Shown here one piece after another: positions 43,393-58,365 of a DNA stretch of 64,000 nucleotides; within the stretch, counting starts at the first letter, position 1; the number at the start of each line of letters is the position of its first letter. The stretch lies in assembly GCF_009914755.1 (NCBI RefSeq), contig NC_060928.1; one strand, written 5' to 3'. The notes beneath the pieces are model-generated. The model was not told the DNA's origin. It ran no database searches and saw only the letters and a list, made by a program, of their open reading frames with translations. A program made the translations under genes and the position numbers. Source of the stretch: the human T2T-CHM13v2.0 reference genome, Homo sapiens.

Positions 43393-46300
43393 TGAATCTT
43401 CATTTTTTATACTGCAATGTTACTGATTCATTTATTAGTTCTAACAAGTTTTTTATAGAGTTTTTTTTATGGTAAGATCTTGTTATTTACAGACAAAGAC
43501 AATTTTACCTTTTCTTTTCCAATTTGGATGCTATGTTTTTATTTATTTATTTGACTAGTTGCTCTGGTGAAGACTTTCAGTACTATGCAAAATAGAAGTG
43601 CCAAGGTTGGGCATCCTTGCCTAGTTCCTGATCTTATAGAAATGCTTTCAATTTCTTGTACTACGTGGGATTAGCTGTGGGCTTTTCACATATAATCTTT
43701 ATCATGGTGAAGTTAATTCTTTTCATACTCATTTTGTTAAGAGTTTCAATAAATATTGAATTTTGTCAAAGGCTTTTCCTGCATCTGTTGAGATGATCAT
43801 GCAACTTTTATCTTCCATTCTCCTACTATGATGTATTAAATTAGTTGATTTGCATATGTGGAACTATCCTTGTGTTCCAGGGATAAATCCTTCCTTATCG
43901 TGGTGTATGATCTTTCATATGCTGTTTAATTAAATAAAATTAATATTTTAGTATTTTAATAAAGTATCTAGTATTTTATTGAGAATTTTTGCATCTATTT
44001 TCATCAGGGGTATTGGCTTATAGTTTTATTTTCTTGTAGTGTCTTTGTGTAATTTTGGTATCAGGGTGATAATGGCCTAATAGAATAAGTCTGGAAGTTT
44101 TCCCTCTTCTTTTTTTATTTAAAAAAGTTTAATCAGTATTTATATTAAATCTTGAATGTTAGGTGGAATTTAGCTGTGAAGCTATATGCCCCTGGGCCTT
44201 TCTTTGCTAGGAGACTTCAATTAGTATTCAATCTTCTTATCGTATCAATCATTTAATGTTCTATTTCTTCTTGATGTAGTTTTGTGTTACAAGGAAATTA
44301 TCACCTTCTCTTGAATTATCCAGCTTGTTGGCATATAATTGTTCATAGTAGTCTTTTATGATCCTCTTTTATACAGAGAGATCATTGTAATGTCTTTTCT
44401 TTAATTTCTGACTTTAAGTCTTCTTCCTCTTTTTAAAATCTAGCTAAAGGTTTGTCAATTTTGTTTATCTTTTCAGAAACCAATTCATTTTTTAAAAAAT
44501 CTATATTTGTTGTGATCTATCCTGGAGAATGTTATGCATACACTTAGAAAGAATGTATAATCTTCCATTGTTTGGTGGAAAGTCTGTGTATGTGTGTTGG
44601 GTCCATTTGGCTTATAGCATTGTTCAAGTCAGTTGCTATTCTCTTCCTTTTGAGTCTGGATATTATATACATTATTGTAAGTGGGGTATTGAAGTCCCCT
44701 ACTATCATTGTATTTCTTTCTTCAGGTCTGTCAATATCTGCTTTACAAGTGTTCTGATGTTGGCCACTTATATAATTACTGTATCTTCTTGTTGAAATAA
44801 CCCTTTTATTATTACATAATGACCTTCTTTGTTTCTAGAGACAGCTTTAAACTTGAAATATGGTTGTTTGATACAAAATATGGCCCCTTCTGCTTTTTTT
44901 TCGTTACCATTTGCTTGAAATCTCTTTTCCTATCTCATTATTCTCGGCCTATGTGTGTCTTTGAATCTAAAGTGAGTCTATTCTAGACAGCATGTGGTTT
45001 TTAAAAAAATCCATACAGTCTTTTGATTGGTGACTTTAATTCATTTCCATACAATTATTGATAAATGGAGGACTTTCCTTTTTATCATTTTGTTAATTGT
45101 TTTCTATTTTGAAGTCATTTTATTACCTTAATCTGTATATGCCTTTGTGTTTACCTTCACCAGTGATATTTATGTTTTCAAATCCTTATATGATGCTGCT
45201 TAGCATGGTTTTGTTTCAATTTCAAGAACTCCAGCAAGTATTTGTGGTAAGGCAGATTTAGTGGTGAAACTCAGTTTTTGTTGTCTTGGGAAGACTATCT
45301 CTTCTTCATTTCAAAAATAATAATTTTGCCAAATGTAGTATTTATAGATGGCAATATTTTTCTTTCAGTACTTTTTGTTGGACTTCTAATTTTGTTGATG
45401 TATTGTTTTGCTGATTTCATTGAGTTTTCTGAGTTGTTGTGTAGCTCACTGGCTTTTAAAAAACAATTCTTTTGAATTCTTTTTTCATGATTTATAAATC
45501 TCTACTTCTTTGGAGTTGGTGACTGGAAAATTCTTGTGTTCTTTTGGTGGTGTCATCTTCCCTGATTTTTTTGTGTTTCTTTAAGGCTTTTGCTTGCCTT
45601 AATGTCTGTGCATTTTAAGAATCAATCACCCCTCCAGACTTTACTGACTTGTTTTGGTAGGGAAAGACCTCCATTTGTGAATGAGTGCAAGGATGGTAGT
45701 TAAGAAAGTGCGGTGATTCCAGCATCTGAGCATAGTGTCTGTGCAGCTCTGTCAGCTGAAGTCAGCATCAGTGAAAACTGCATGAATTCTTGGCCACCAA
45801 GGCTGCAGCTTTCTGCAGCAGCAGTGAGAACTGTTGGGGTCTTCAGCTGGAAAATTGCTGGGGTCTATCTGATCTCTTTTTCCCTATAGCATCATCAAAT
45901 CATGGTCAAGATCTCTCTTGGTGTCAGGTTCACATGGCAGGACATTTACAATGGCAGTGGCATCAGTAGATCATGTGTGGGAGTCAATGAAGTAGTCATG
46001 GAACTGATATCTGAAACAGAGTGTGAGTATGCCCTCAGCACTGGTGGCACTGTTATCTAGATTGCAGGTGTTCCCACTGCAGCAGTGGCACAACTGTGTC
46101 AGGTATGGGTGCCTGTAAAGTGTTCACAGAGCTGTGGTCTGAAGCATGGGCAAGCACAGGGCACCTATGACTTTGGGTCTGTGGGAAATACGCTTATAAA
46201 AGGATTGAAGAGGGAGTGTCCCAGCCCCTTGGTGGTGCAGTATAGCTCCATTACGAGGAGAGCACAGCAGTGTCTCCTTCTCTGGGGGTCCATGGTGGCT

Positions 46301-47545
46301 AAAATGGTTGTTGGTTTTCTCAGTGGCAAAAGCTGCTAGGTTCCTCTGTGGAATGGCAGTGAACATTATAAAGTTCTTAGCAGTGAAAAGATGTGGGGTT
46401 CCACAGCAGCAATTGGGGTCCTTAGCGGGGAAGACTACTGGGGTCCTCTGCAGAGGCACTGCAAACCATGTTGTCACATCCTACATGACTGATACCAATA
46501 GACTCCACCCTTCTTCTTTCTCTTTAACACCTCCAAGTATCTCGTTTGTGACAATCTCCCTAGTATTTTGGATGGCGTGAAACCAAAGTAAATCCTTCAG
46601 GTAGTGCCCAAAAATACTGTGGAAGCTGGTCACTCATCTTGTTCTTCTTTTTCCCCACAAAGCCCCTACTTGAGGCTGAGGAGATACTTCTAGGCTCTGT
46701 GTAAATTGGCCTGTGAACGGGATTATGCAGGCAAAATAAAAATGTTGTTCCTGCCCTTTCCGTGTGGTCATGCTTCTTCTCTTCTCCACTGTGTAACTAG
46801 ACTCCTGAGTTTTCTCAGAGCTATTTTTGTTTATGGATGGCTATCTAATCATAGTGTTTTTTCTTTTGTCCTTTTGTATTTGTGTGGTGGGGGAGGGCAG
46901 GGAGTGAAACTAAGAACAGGATCTCCTGCTCTGCCGTATTTCTGACATCACTATAATTTGTCTGTTTTCATAACTTTTTTCCAGGCATTGGCTTTATCTT
47001 AGGTGTTTGGTTATTTTTCTTTGATGTGCTAAAGAGTGGCTCCCTGTTTTATGTTTTGCTTCCAGGTCAATGCGCATATTACACATTCCCCAATTTCTAG
47101 TGGTAAATACTAATTTTCTTCTAAATGTTGTACAAAATAAATTAATATTGTCACAGTCTTCTAAGTAAAAAAAAAAAAATCGTAAGGACCATAAAGCTAA
47201 TAATTAAAAGCCCTTCATTTTATTATCTTTTTCAAATCACTTCTCTTACAGAAGTAATCATAGTTAACATTTTCATATTTATACTCCCAGATTTTTTTTG
47301 CTGCTTTATGAGCATGTGTGTGTATAGATGTTTACATTATTGATGTGCTGAAGAATTTATATGGAATACTTCTTAGTTTTTTTGCTGTTATTCATGTTTT
47401 AAATATTTTTTCAAACCTTAAATTTTTATTTCACTTTTAACTTATTTTTTATTTAACTTGATCTGTCTTTTGATAAAGATTTGAATTGTTAATTTAATCA
47501 AATATATTAATTTGTTTCCATTTGTGAATTTTGATATAGCGTTTT

Positions 47546-47840
47546 TTTGTTGTTGTTGTTTCAGGCAGAGTCTTGCTCTGTCACCCAGGCTGGAGTGCAG
47601 TGGCATCATCTCAGCTCACTATAAGCTCTGTCTCCTGGGTTCACGCCATTCTCTTGCCTCAGCCTCTCGAGTAGCGGGGTCTACAGGCACCCGTCACCAC
47701 ACCCGGCTAACTTTTTGTTTTTAGTAGAGACAGGGTTTCACCATGTTAGCCAGGATGGTCTTGATCTCCTGACCTTGTGATCCACCCACCTTGGCCTCCC
47801 AAAGTGCTGGGATTACAGGTGTGAGCCACCGTGCCCGGCC
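47546..47840 (-). mobile_element. Alu (AluY-like)
   Basis: Dimer with (TTG)n tail; TSD TGATATAGYGTTTT. Confidence 0.95.
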
Positions 47841-50800
47841 TGATATAGTGTTTTAATTAGAAAAAAATCTTTTTCACACAAAGATTATAAAATTTCTCAT
47901 ATAATTACTCTTAAATTCTGTATAATTTTTGTTTTATTTATATAAAATAAAAATGTTGGTATTTACTTTTGTGCACTTTGTGAGTTTAAATTTGTTTCTC
48001 CAAATTAAATAGGACAGTCATTTATTGAACAGAAGAGTTTATTTTCCACTGATCTAAAATATCCCCTGAAGTTAAATATCTAAAAAATTGTTCAGTTTTG
48101 CTATGATTTATATGACTATTCCAAATCAAATATTTTTGTTGTAATTCTTATTACTATATAGAATAATTCCCTGTTTCACATTGAGCAGAACAAGTTATCT
48201 TTCTCTTCAAGTTTATATTTAATTTGGAAGGATGCTGTTGAAAGTATTCATTTTTTATGATATTTAAACTCATTTTAACCATCTCTATTAAAAATTCTTT
48301 TGGGTTTGCTTTGAGTGTATGAATAAATTTATTCTAGAAGTAAATATTTAAAATATTTATAATTCATGTTCTGGAATTTAGTGTGCATCTCCATGTTATC
48401 CGTTCTTGCTATGTATTCTTTATAAAGTTTCACATTCTTAGATGTGATTTCACAAGTTACATGTTGGAATTAATTCTAAATATTTTATAGCAGTCATTGC
48501 TTTCGTGAATGTATTCTTTTATACTCCATCACACTCTTGGTTGTGTTGCTGTTGACATATAAAAAAGATAAAGCATTTTTATATATTCACATCTAACATA
48601 TTCTTAGTGAATTTTGTTCTTAGATTTAAGAGTTTCTTAGTTGTTAATTTTATTAATGTTTCCACAAAAAGAGATGTGAATGTCATTCTTCAAATCAGTG
48701 GGTTATTTGGTCATGTTTTTTCATTAATTTGGTTTATATATTCATTAATAATTCAATTTTTTTGTTTTTTTAACGTATTTTTTAAATGTACTTGAGTTGA
48801 ATGTTTATTTCCAGTCTTCCTTATTTTTAAATTAATATTCTTAAGGTTATATGTTTTTCTCTGATAAATGTGTTAATAATTATATATTTCTAAGGTTTTT
48901 TTCATACAAACATTATGATAATTACTTTCAGTGAACTACTTTATATAATGTTAAGTAAATTACCCATGTTTATACACTGAGTAAGAATATATGTAAAGTT
49001 CAAACACAAGGAATAAACACCATGTTGCTTCCTACACGCTGAAAAATATCTCCTGTAGCAATCAGTTTTGATTTCCATTTAATTTAATAATTTATTTTGG
49101 AAGAGCATTATAAATAATTTCCTAGTTTATGGATTTATTTTCATCATTTCTTTTGATAGGCTGAAAATATTAATATTTGTAATGTAGCATAACTGGAATG
49201 ATTTCTACCTCTTAAAATACACAATTTTTTTTGTCTAATCATGTGAATATTCTGTAGGTGATTAAACATTTTATGTATATAAATATAATTCATATGTATA
49301 CAAAGTTATGCTTGTTTTTATTATATATAGAAAAACAAAATAATCCTAATGAGCTAATTCATACCTTGTATGTCCTTATTTTCTGTTTACTTGATTGTTC
49401 CATACAAAAGACTATTAATTTCTTAAATACAATTATACATTTTTAATATCTAACATTTTTAAATTTAAAATTTAAAAAATAAAATATCTTTTATTTCTAA
49501 AAATGTTAAAATACTTTAATACTTTATTTTAAAATGCATAGCCGATTATTATACCATCTTGGTTGAAATAATTGTAGGCTATATCTTTTATTAATATAAA
49601 ATCCCCTTTTGATTTCTGTAGAGCTTTTCCTTGAATGCTATTTTGCCACAGCAAAATGACCAAAACCTGATTTCTATTTGTAAATATATTCATGGTAAAC
49701 ATATTGCTTTCCATTTAATATTTTAAATATTTTATGTTGTTTTGCCTTAGCTATGTATTTAGTTGTAGAATATAGTTAAGTCCTTTTAAAAAATATGAAA
49801 GTTGTTCATTTTAATAAGAATCTTATTTTTCTGTAGATTCCAGAAATCTCTAGGTAAACAAGTGCAGCTCTATTTTCTAACATCGACCATAAAATACCTC
49901 AAGATTTGCAATTCAGGATAAAACATCTTGAGCAATTTTACCTATTATATTGACTAGCAGTATGTTTCATAAATAAATAAATAATACAGCCATAGTAACC
50001 ATTAATTTCTTATTTCTTTGGAGTAGTATATGCTATGTTCAGGGTCAGAATGAGAGCTATGTATCAGTATTTTTCTCCTTTGGCTTATTTTTAGCATATA
50101 TAATGTCAGGTTGACTTCTCAAAATTATATATTTCTACTTGCCCATTTTATGTGTACTTTTGTAACACATGTATCTATATAAACATGGATAAACAATATT
50201 ACAACAGTGGAATATCTATAGTATTTTCTACTTTTATACAATAGACTTTGTTCAGCCTTAGACTATTTTCAAATCTTGAGGATATGCAGATCGGCTTAGA
50301 AGAGTTCTTTTCTGTTAATGATAGTTAATGCATTTAAAGTATTTAAATTGTATTAATCTGTTGCTTGGCTTGTTTCATCTTCTGTATAACTGATGCTCAG
50401 AAAATGCCACGTACTCTTTACCAAATAGAAGTCTGACTTTATGCTGGACTTCAAAAATTCTGCAGATATAGTCATAAGAATGTTTTAAACAATAGACATG
50501 TACCAAGTTATCACATCCTCTCCATAATCCATTGTTTTGATAATAGTGATGATAGGAGCAGTTTAAACATATTGTGACATTTTATTCAAGGTTACAAAAA
50601 ATAAACATCCAAAAGACTTAGAAAGTGACAATCAGGCTTGATATCATTTATCAGACAAAATGAAGACATTTAAAATGGTGAAGATTTGACATAAATGTTA
50701 TATTTGGTACACTTAAAATATATTCAATATCATCCGTGGATTTTATTAAATTTTAAGTGGTGAGTCAAGATAGCTGATAAAAATAATAGGGCACTGACAA

Positions 50801-52418
50801 TCTGTTATCACTAAAGTGCTACTCTTTTTAAAACTAAGGATGTTGGGTGATGATACCATATTGGGGGGATATTTAAAAAGTGATCCTCTTGAGTTGCTAT
50901 ATTGTGGTTAAAAAAAGAATCAAAAGCTAGGGAGACAGAGTGTTTTAAGAGCTCAATGAATCAGACTCCATAAATTTGGTTCAATTATAAATGTCTAAAA
51001 AATGACAGCAGCTGAGTGTGCCATACAGTTATAAGCAATGAAAGCATTTTGTTTTTTGTTTTGTTTTGTTTTGTTGTTCTAAGCAATGCTTAATGGAGAA
51101 TTTGTGTCTAGGAAGCAATTTAATAAGCACTTCCAAAATCTGATAAAACAGCAATGGTTGAAAAATAGTGGAAGAAAGGATCCATATTTTAAGAATTTCT
51201 TCTACATGGGGATCATAATCAAAGTAGCAAAACATCTTTTATAAAAATATGTGGGCACCATATGTGCACACACACATATACAAATTGTACACATAAAATC
51301 TTATGTATATATTTTAATATAAAATACTACAGGTTAATAAAAAATGTGCTTAGACTTGGCTTATTTTTTTAATTGGAATGAAATCTGGTTGTAACACAAT
51401 TTTGATGTCAAACTGCTTTCTCTTCCTGTTTACATTTTGCAAGAACAAGAAGCCTCAGCTGGAAAATTGGCCCATAATCACAACCTATTAAGCTTTTACT
51501 GATATTGCAATAGAAGTAATGGGTTTTTAATGAGCTTATCCATTTTAACATTTATATAATTTATTAACTTTTTCCTTTCTCTATTTTGTATATTAACTAA
51601 AAACTTAGGTTTAATAATTTTCTTTACTGAACTCTTAAGCCCTCGAAATTCAATAAAATAATGCTATTTTAAGTTACTGTTGGTAATTTTATCAAGCATA
51701 AGCAATCACTTGTGTGTTATTGTAGAGCTTCATGTACTATGAAGGGTCACTCACATTGGAAACTGGTGTCCAACTTGTGGCATGGAACTTGCTTTATAGA
51801 TACTCATAGAGAGAATATCAACTTTTACAGCAACAAAGGTAGGATTGTTGACTTCACAAAAGCAAATTTAAAATATTGGGTGTTTCATGAATTTGCCCTT
51901 GAATCCACTGTTAACACAATTTGTTGGTATATCAGAAGGCTAAAAATCTCCACTGCAAGGTGAAAGCATGGTGATAAGGACTGAATAGGTTTTTGACTGT
52001 GCTGGTGTTAGAGAAAGCACCAGGAGAACCATAGAGCTGGGGCTCTGCTCGGCATAAAATCTGAGGTGGAAGTCTTGAACATGATTGAGGAGAGGGTAGA
52101 CACGGGAGGACCCTGGCAAAGGGCAGGCAAACTTCATCTCTTTCTGCAGTTCATTTTATTCCAGAGGATGTAATTACCAAACTCAAAGAAACAATTAGGA
52201 AAACTGTTGGTATCAGTTTATCTTTATCATCTGGGGAACAAATTATTAATCTTCCAAAAATTATTTTAAGAGAGTTATAACTAATTAATGATGGGCATAC
52301 TTATAAATTACTCTTTTAAATTACCTCTATAAGGTTGTATTTTTCTTAAAAGAAACACCAGTCACAAGAGAGTTCACATATATAATTTTTGTCCTATCTT
52401 AAAAAATAGAGAGAGAGA

Positions 52419-52530
52419 AAGAGATGGGGTCTCATTATGTCACCCAGGCTGGACTTGAACCCCTAGGCTCAAGCCACTTTCAGGCCTCACGAGTAGCTGA
52501 GACTACAGGTGTGCACCTCCGTGCCCAGCT
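52419..52530 (-). mobile_element. FLAM/Alu monomer
   Basis: GAGATGGGGTCTCATTATGTCACCCAGGCTGG...GTAGCTGAGACTACAGG. Confidence 0.8.
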
Positions 52531-54059
52531 TGGCTTTATTTATGATAACAATACCTATTGCCTCAATAAACAAATATATCAAATGTTGCAAACAGTAGTA
52601 TGGAAAATATGTGAACTTTTGCTGAAACTAAAGCCTGAAACTATGAAAACCCATTTTCATAGTAGTGATTCCTTGAAAACAATTTTTAATTTTAAATTGT
52701 TACCACAAACCCTAAAAAAGCTCCTCGGCTTTTCTCAAAAACCTCAAGAAATTCAATAATTCTAGCATATCTAAATGCAATATGCTATATGATATTATAT
52801 CATATTATCTATATCTTATATGTTAATAAATAAGCATTCCAATCAGATGTGTAGTCATTCCAAGAATCAAAACTCGAAGACTTTAGAAAGGTATCTGTCT
52901 TCAGTTTTGATGTTTTATGTCATTTACTCTCAGAGTACACATACACACACACACAACCACACACACATATATGCAATAAGAGTTCTATTAAAATAAAAGT
53001 TATAGATATGTTTGGGGGTAATATAGAATTTTCAAAATGATATCTAAGGAAAACTTCAGTTCTTTCCTAAACAGAAATATGTAACCTACTTTAATGAACA
53101 GAATGAAAATTTCTAGTAACTTGTGCATCTTACAGAATAAAGTTAGTCCTAGGTCTCAGGAGTAAAAAAGTGCACCAATTTAATCAGAATTTTGATTTTA
53201 CATGCCACTCTATGATCGAAGTGCTAAAATGCTCTGGAGCATAACTCAGTCAGGCAATATGTCCCTTTTATTCATTAGGCTTCTTACACCGTTTCTTGGC
53301 GGCTGCTCTGTAACCGTATGAGTCATTAGCACGAGTCCAAAATTGTGTGAAGAGAGATCTATGCTTTTGTCCTGTGGAGAGTCTTTTCAGTACAATCAAA
53401 TTTGCTTCACAGTGTAATTTCACAGTTTGTGCAGTAGTCACTGACAGCTCACAGCACTGTTGTTATTCAAAGCTAAGCAGATGAGAGAGACATAACCAAC
53501 TAATAACATGCTGGAAGTTATGTCTTCAAAGTTGCAGTCTAATTGTACATCTTCATTTAGTGAATGGCTGAAAACAAATTAAAATTTCCTGACCACTGGA
53601 GGCAAAAGCAATGCCAAGCAAATCAATTATATCAAATTCTTGTAGGGTGGAAATGTTCTTAATAAAATGTCACAGAGGGAAGGAAAATAACAAGAATAAT
53701 ACAAATGAACCAGAAATATAAAAACAAATATCAACTTCAGTTGTAAGCAAATGAATGTAAATTTAGACAGAAGTAAATATAGTTTGATGTTTTGGCAAAA
53801 AATAAACACTTTAAGATTTGGAATTGACTAAAGTATAGGAATCGGGCAATCTCATGTGCTTTTGATTAAGTGTACTTTTCCCAACAAATATATTTTTATG
53901 TAAAAAATTATAATGTCTTTTGACATGCTGACTGCAATTATCCAAAGGCAGTAGATAACAATGAGAGATGCACATATTTTTTTAACATAATGTTATGCAA
54001 AGTTTTTTGTTTGTTTTGTTTTTAGTTTAAGTCGTACTTTACTAGAAATTTTAGTTTTT

Positions 54060-54695
54060 ATTAAATATTTTTTAATGCAGTTTTAGATTCACTTAAAAAT
54101 CTAGGGGAAGGTATACAGAGGTATTTCATATACCCCCTTCTGCCACATATGCATAGCCTCTCCCATAATCAATATTCCCTACAATAGTGATACATTTGTT
54201 ACAATTGATGAATTTATATGGACACATCATCACTCAAGTCCATGGTCTACAAGGTTCATTCTCAGTGTACATTCCATGGGTTTGAATAATGGTATGTGAA
54301 ACATAATTTTCACTGCCCTGAAAAATCCTCTGTGCTCTGCCTATTAATCTCTTTTTCTCTCTTAACTCCAGGCAACCACTGTTCTTTCCACTGTCTCCAC
54401 GTTTTTGCCTTTTCCAGAATTTCAGAGTGAATTCTTTCACTTAGTAATAGGCATTTAAGTGTCCTCCATATCTTTTCATGGCTTGATAGCTCCTTTCTTT
54501 TTAGCACATAATAATATTCCATTGTCTGGGTATATTGTAGCTTATTTATCCATTCTCTGGCTGAAGGAAATCTTACTGTATAATCCAGTAATCAAGCTGC
54601 TTGGTATTTACCAAAAAATGTTGAAACTTTATGTCCACACAACAACCTGCAAATGAATGTTTAAGGCAGCTTTATTCATAATTGTCAAAACTTGA
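54060..54695 (-). mobile_element. L1MB/MC 3' end with an inverted 5' segment (54573-54695 on +)
   Basis: Antisense 3' UTR up to GCTGAAGGAAATCTT, then sense-strand AATCCAGTAATC...GCAGCTTTATTCATAATTGTCAAAACTTG. Confidence 0.7.
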
Positions 54696-55002
54696 GAATG
54701 ATGCTGTTTTAAAGCAGTGAATATGTTATAATTTTAAATAAATTAAAAAAATTATCATAGAACACCAGCCACTGAAGGACATTTGAGCCATTTCCAGCTT
54801 TTGGCAGCTATGAATGTAGCTGCTATATACATTTTTGTGTAGGTGTAAATTTTCATATCTGTACAGTTGATACCCTAGACCATAATTGCTAGGTCATAAA
54901 TTAAGGGCAGGATTAATTTTGAAGAAACTGCCAAACTTTTCTAGTATGGCTGAACCATGTTGTAGTCGCTCCAGTAATATATAGAAGATATGGTTCCTCA
55001 TG

Positions 55003-55154
55003 TTTTTGTTTTTTGTTTTTTGGGTTTTTGTGAGAGAGAGAGAGACAGTTTCACCATGTTGGCCAGGGTGGTCTCCAATACCGGGCCTAAGGTGATCTGC
55101 CTGCCTCAGTCTCCCAAATTGCTGGGATTACAGGTGTGAGTCATGGTGTCCAGA
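55003..55154 (-). mobile_element. Alu left monomer/FLAM
   Basis: TTTCACCATGTTGGCCAGG...GCTGGGATTACAGGTGTGAG. Confidence 0.8.
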
Positions 55155-55410
55155 CTCCTCAGGTCTTTATTGGCAGTTGGAACTGTTGGAATACTTTTGT
55201 TTATGTTTTTGGTTTTTTTGTTTGTTTTTTAAGCCATTCTAATAGGTATGTAGATAGCTCATCATAATTTTAATTTTCATTTGCCCAGTGGTTAATGCTG
55301 TTGGACATACTTTCATGGTCTTATTTGACATTCTTATCTCTTTTAGTGATGTATCTGCTCACATCTTTTACTCTTTGTTTTGTAGTGTTACTTGTTGTCT
55401 TATTGTTTTA

Positions 55411-55710
55411 TTTTTTTTTTCTTTTTTGAGACAAGGTCAGGCTCTGTTGCCAGGTGCTAGTGCAGTCACACAATATGGCTCACTGCAGCCTCGACCTCCT
55501 GGGCTCAAGCAGTCCTTTGCCTCGGCCTCCTGAGTAGGTAGGACTAAAGGTGCATGTCAACACAGCTGGCTAATTTTTAAAATTTTTCGTAGGGATGAGC
55601 TCTGGCTATGCTGCCCAGGCTGGTCTCAAACTCTTGAGCTCAAGGGATATTCCCCCTTCAGCCTCCCAAAGTGATGGGATTACAGGAGTGAGTGTAGACT
55701 ATTCCTGGCC
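55411..55710 (-). mobile_element. AluJ
   Basis: GCTCACTGCAGCCTCGACCTCCTGGGCTCAAGC J-type diagnostics. Confidence 0.88.
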
Positions 55711-58062
55711 TTATTGTAGATTTCAAGAATATTTTGTATACCCTAGACACTCAAATATGTTATTAGAAAATATTTTTCCCAATCTTTAGCTTGCCCCTTT
55801 TATTTTGTTAGCTGTGTCTTTCCCCAAACAAAAGATTTTCAATTGAAAGTTCAATTTATCATTTTCATAGACTATATTTTGGTACCATTTACAAATTTCT
55901 TATAACAAAATCTATTGGAGAATTTTTGTGAATGATTAGAAAAAAATCCAAAGTCCAAAAGAAAGACACTGGTTAAAACATAGTAGTTGCATATGGTAAG
56001 ATTTTATGCAGCTATTATAAACCACAATTTCAAAGAATATTAAAAACACGAAAATACTTATATGTTAATTGAAATGTAGCAGAAGTCATCTAGTTGCATA
56101 TGTGGGTGTGTACATGTCTGTAGCATTTACGTGTGAAAAAGTATTGAGAGAATAACAAATGTTTTTTCTGAATTTTCTTTTTTGTTTACCAAAAATGTAT
56201 TTGTTAAAATCAGTAAAAAATGATTACTTTTGGAGAAAATGAATATTTCATTAATCCATATTTGTACTTCAAGAAATCAATACTTTAAATTTTATTTGAA
56301 TATGGAATAAATTTTGTCATTACAATTATTTTAAACTTCATAATTTTTGACACTTTTTGATAGCTCTCTGTAGGCTAAAAGCAAGTACGTTAGAATCACT
56401 TAAAAATGTAGAACAGACACAATTTACCCATTTTTGTATGTGATTATTTCCAATATTGTTAGGTTTAATATAGGACAAGATTTTTAATTTTTACATTGAA
56501 ATATTTCCTGATCTTTTATATATAAATTATCCTGTAAATATGTTTTACTATGATTACAAAATACATAGTTGATGAAAACAAAATAATTGATATTTTTAAA
56601 ACGTGAATGTCTAGAAAGCAAGGAATCATATCTCATTTTTACCTAATACACATATTAGCAATACATTGCTTTTTAGCTTGGCTCATTTGAGATTAGTTTT
56701 AAGAAACAATAAAAAATGCCCCAGGCAAGATGATAGGGAGATGGATAATGAAGTGATGTGTAACTAACAAATACATCTCTGTTTTTAAGCCTCTCATTTT
56801 TTTTGTGAGATATATATCACAATTAATTCGAAATAATTCTAACCTTCTTCCTTAATGTTCTACATTGGTTGTAGCAGTTGTTTGTGTCCAAATGCATCAA
56901 TGTTCTGCTTATAACATATAAACTTATAAGTTTATATCACAACCTTAGCCCCAGGAAACTAGCATGTGACAATACCTCTTCATCTAAACTGTTGTTGCAG
57001 CCACACCAATTATGTAATTGTTATGGCAGCCACTAGAGGGAAGAGTGACAAAGTGCTACAGCTGAGATACCCAGAGACGTTTTATTCCAGATGAGGCCCT
57101 GGCGTGCAATGATTTCTATCTCAGTGTCTTATTGCCTTCAAACTATAAATCATCAATATCCTTAGAATGAACCTCTTCTACACAATTAAGTATTCTTAAA
57201 ATGCTTAATTTAATATTTTAATTCAGTATCAACATATTAGAGCTTCTCTAACTGCAGTTTGAAAAGCTAGATATTTAAATACCCTTATATATCCTCCCAA
57301 ATTTTAGTGTCCAGAAAATTATCATCTATCCCTAGGTTTCAGACTTCCTTACTTGTCTGTACATCTAAAACATGTTTTTTTTTAAATCTAATTTATGAAA
57401 AGAAAAATCCCATACTTAGAGGCTTAAATTATATAATTGAGAAATACAGACAAGTAGAATCAACCAATTAACAATAATTTGTATTGATGTCAGTGCTGTA
57501 GGTGATTTACATACATAACTTTATTGAAAACCTTACAAGTTAGATGTTACTTCCATGATTTAGATGAGAAAACGGAAGTGCACATCGTGCCTAATCTTAC
57601 ACAAGTGTTGTAAATGTTAAATGATAATGTTTTTTGTTAAAGATGGACCAGTTGGACTGAAATAAGGACCAGCAGAGTTGCACACTTATGTAGCAGATTC
57701 TCATGAAAACTCTTGTAAGTGTATATATATTTAGTCAAGTTTTCAAAGTACGTGATCTCTCTCATTAAAACATTTGCAATGTTCTTGAGCTTTCTATTAC
57801 TAGGCTGATAGAAGCCCTTTGTTAAATGACTATATGTTGAGTTTTAATACTCATAATTGGCTAGTAACATATAAAACATAAGCACTATCTAAAATATTGA
57901 GAAGCTGATTTCATATAGTTTTTTTTTCTTTCTATCATAATATTTTATCATAACGAGCCAGAGCAGGGATATAGCTGAAAAGATTAACAAAATCCAGAGA
58001 TATTTTGTTTATTGTTTATTTAACTGAGGCTTGTAAGCTTGTAAAATATCAAGCATGTTCTT

Positions 58063-58365
58063 CTTTTCTTTTCTTTTTTTTTTTTCTTTTTGAGACAGAG
58101 TTTTGCTCTTGTCGCCTAGCCTGGAGTGCAGTGGCGCAACCTTGGCTAACTGCAACCTCCATCTCCTGGGTTCAAGCGACTCAGCCTCCCCAAGTAGCTG
58201 GGAATACAGGCACCCGCCACTACACCCAGCTAATTTTGTATTTTTAGCAGAGACGGGACTTCACCATGTTGCCCAGGCTAGTCACAAACTCCTGACCTCA
58301 GGTGATCCACCTGCCTCAGGCTCCCAAAGTGCTGGGATTACAGGTGTGAGCCACCGCACCCAGCC
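58063..58365 (-). mobile_element. Alu (AluS)
   Basis: Dimer; TSD CATGTTCTT. Confidence 0.95.

Larger units (their letters stand above)
54770..55870 (-). mobile_element. Old L1M fragment interrupted by Alus
   Basis: TGAAGGACATTTG...GAAACTGCCAAACT...AGCCATTCTAATAGGT. Confidence 0.65.
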
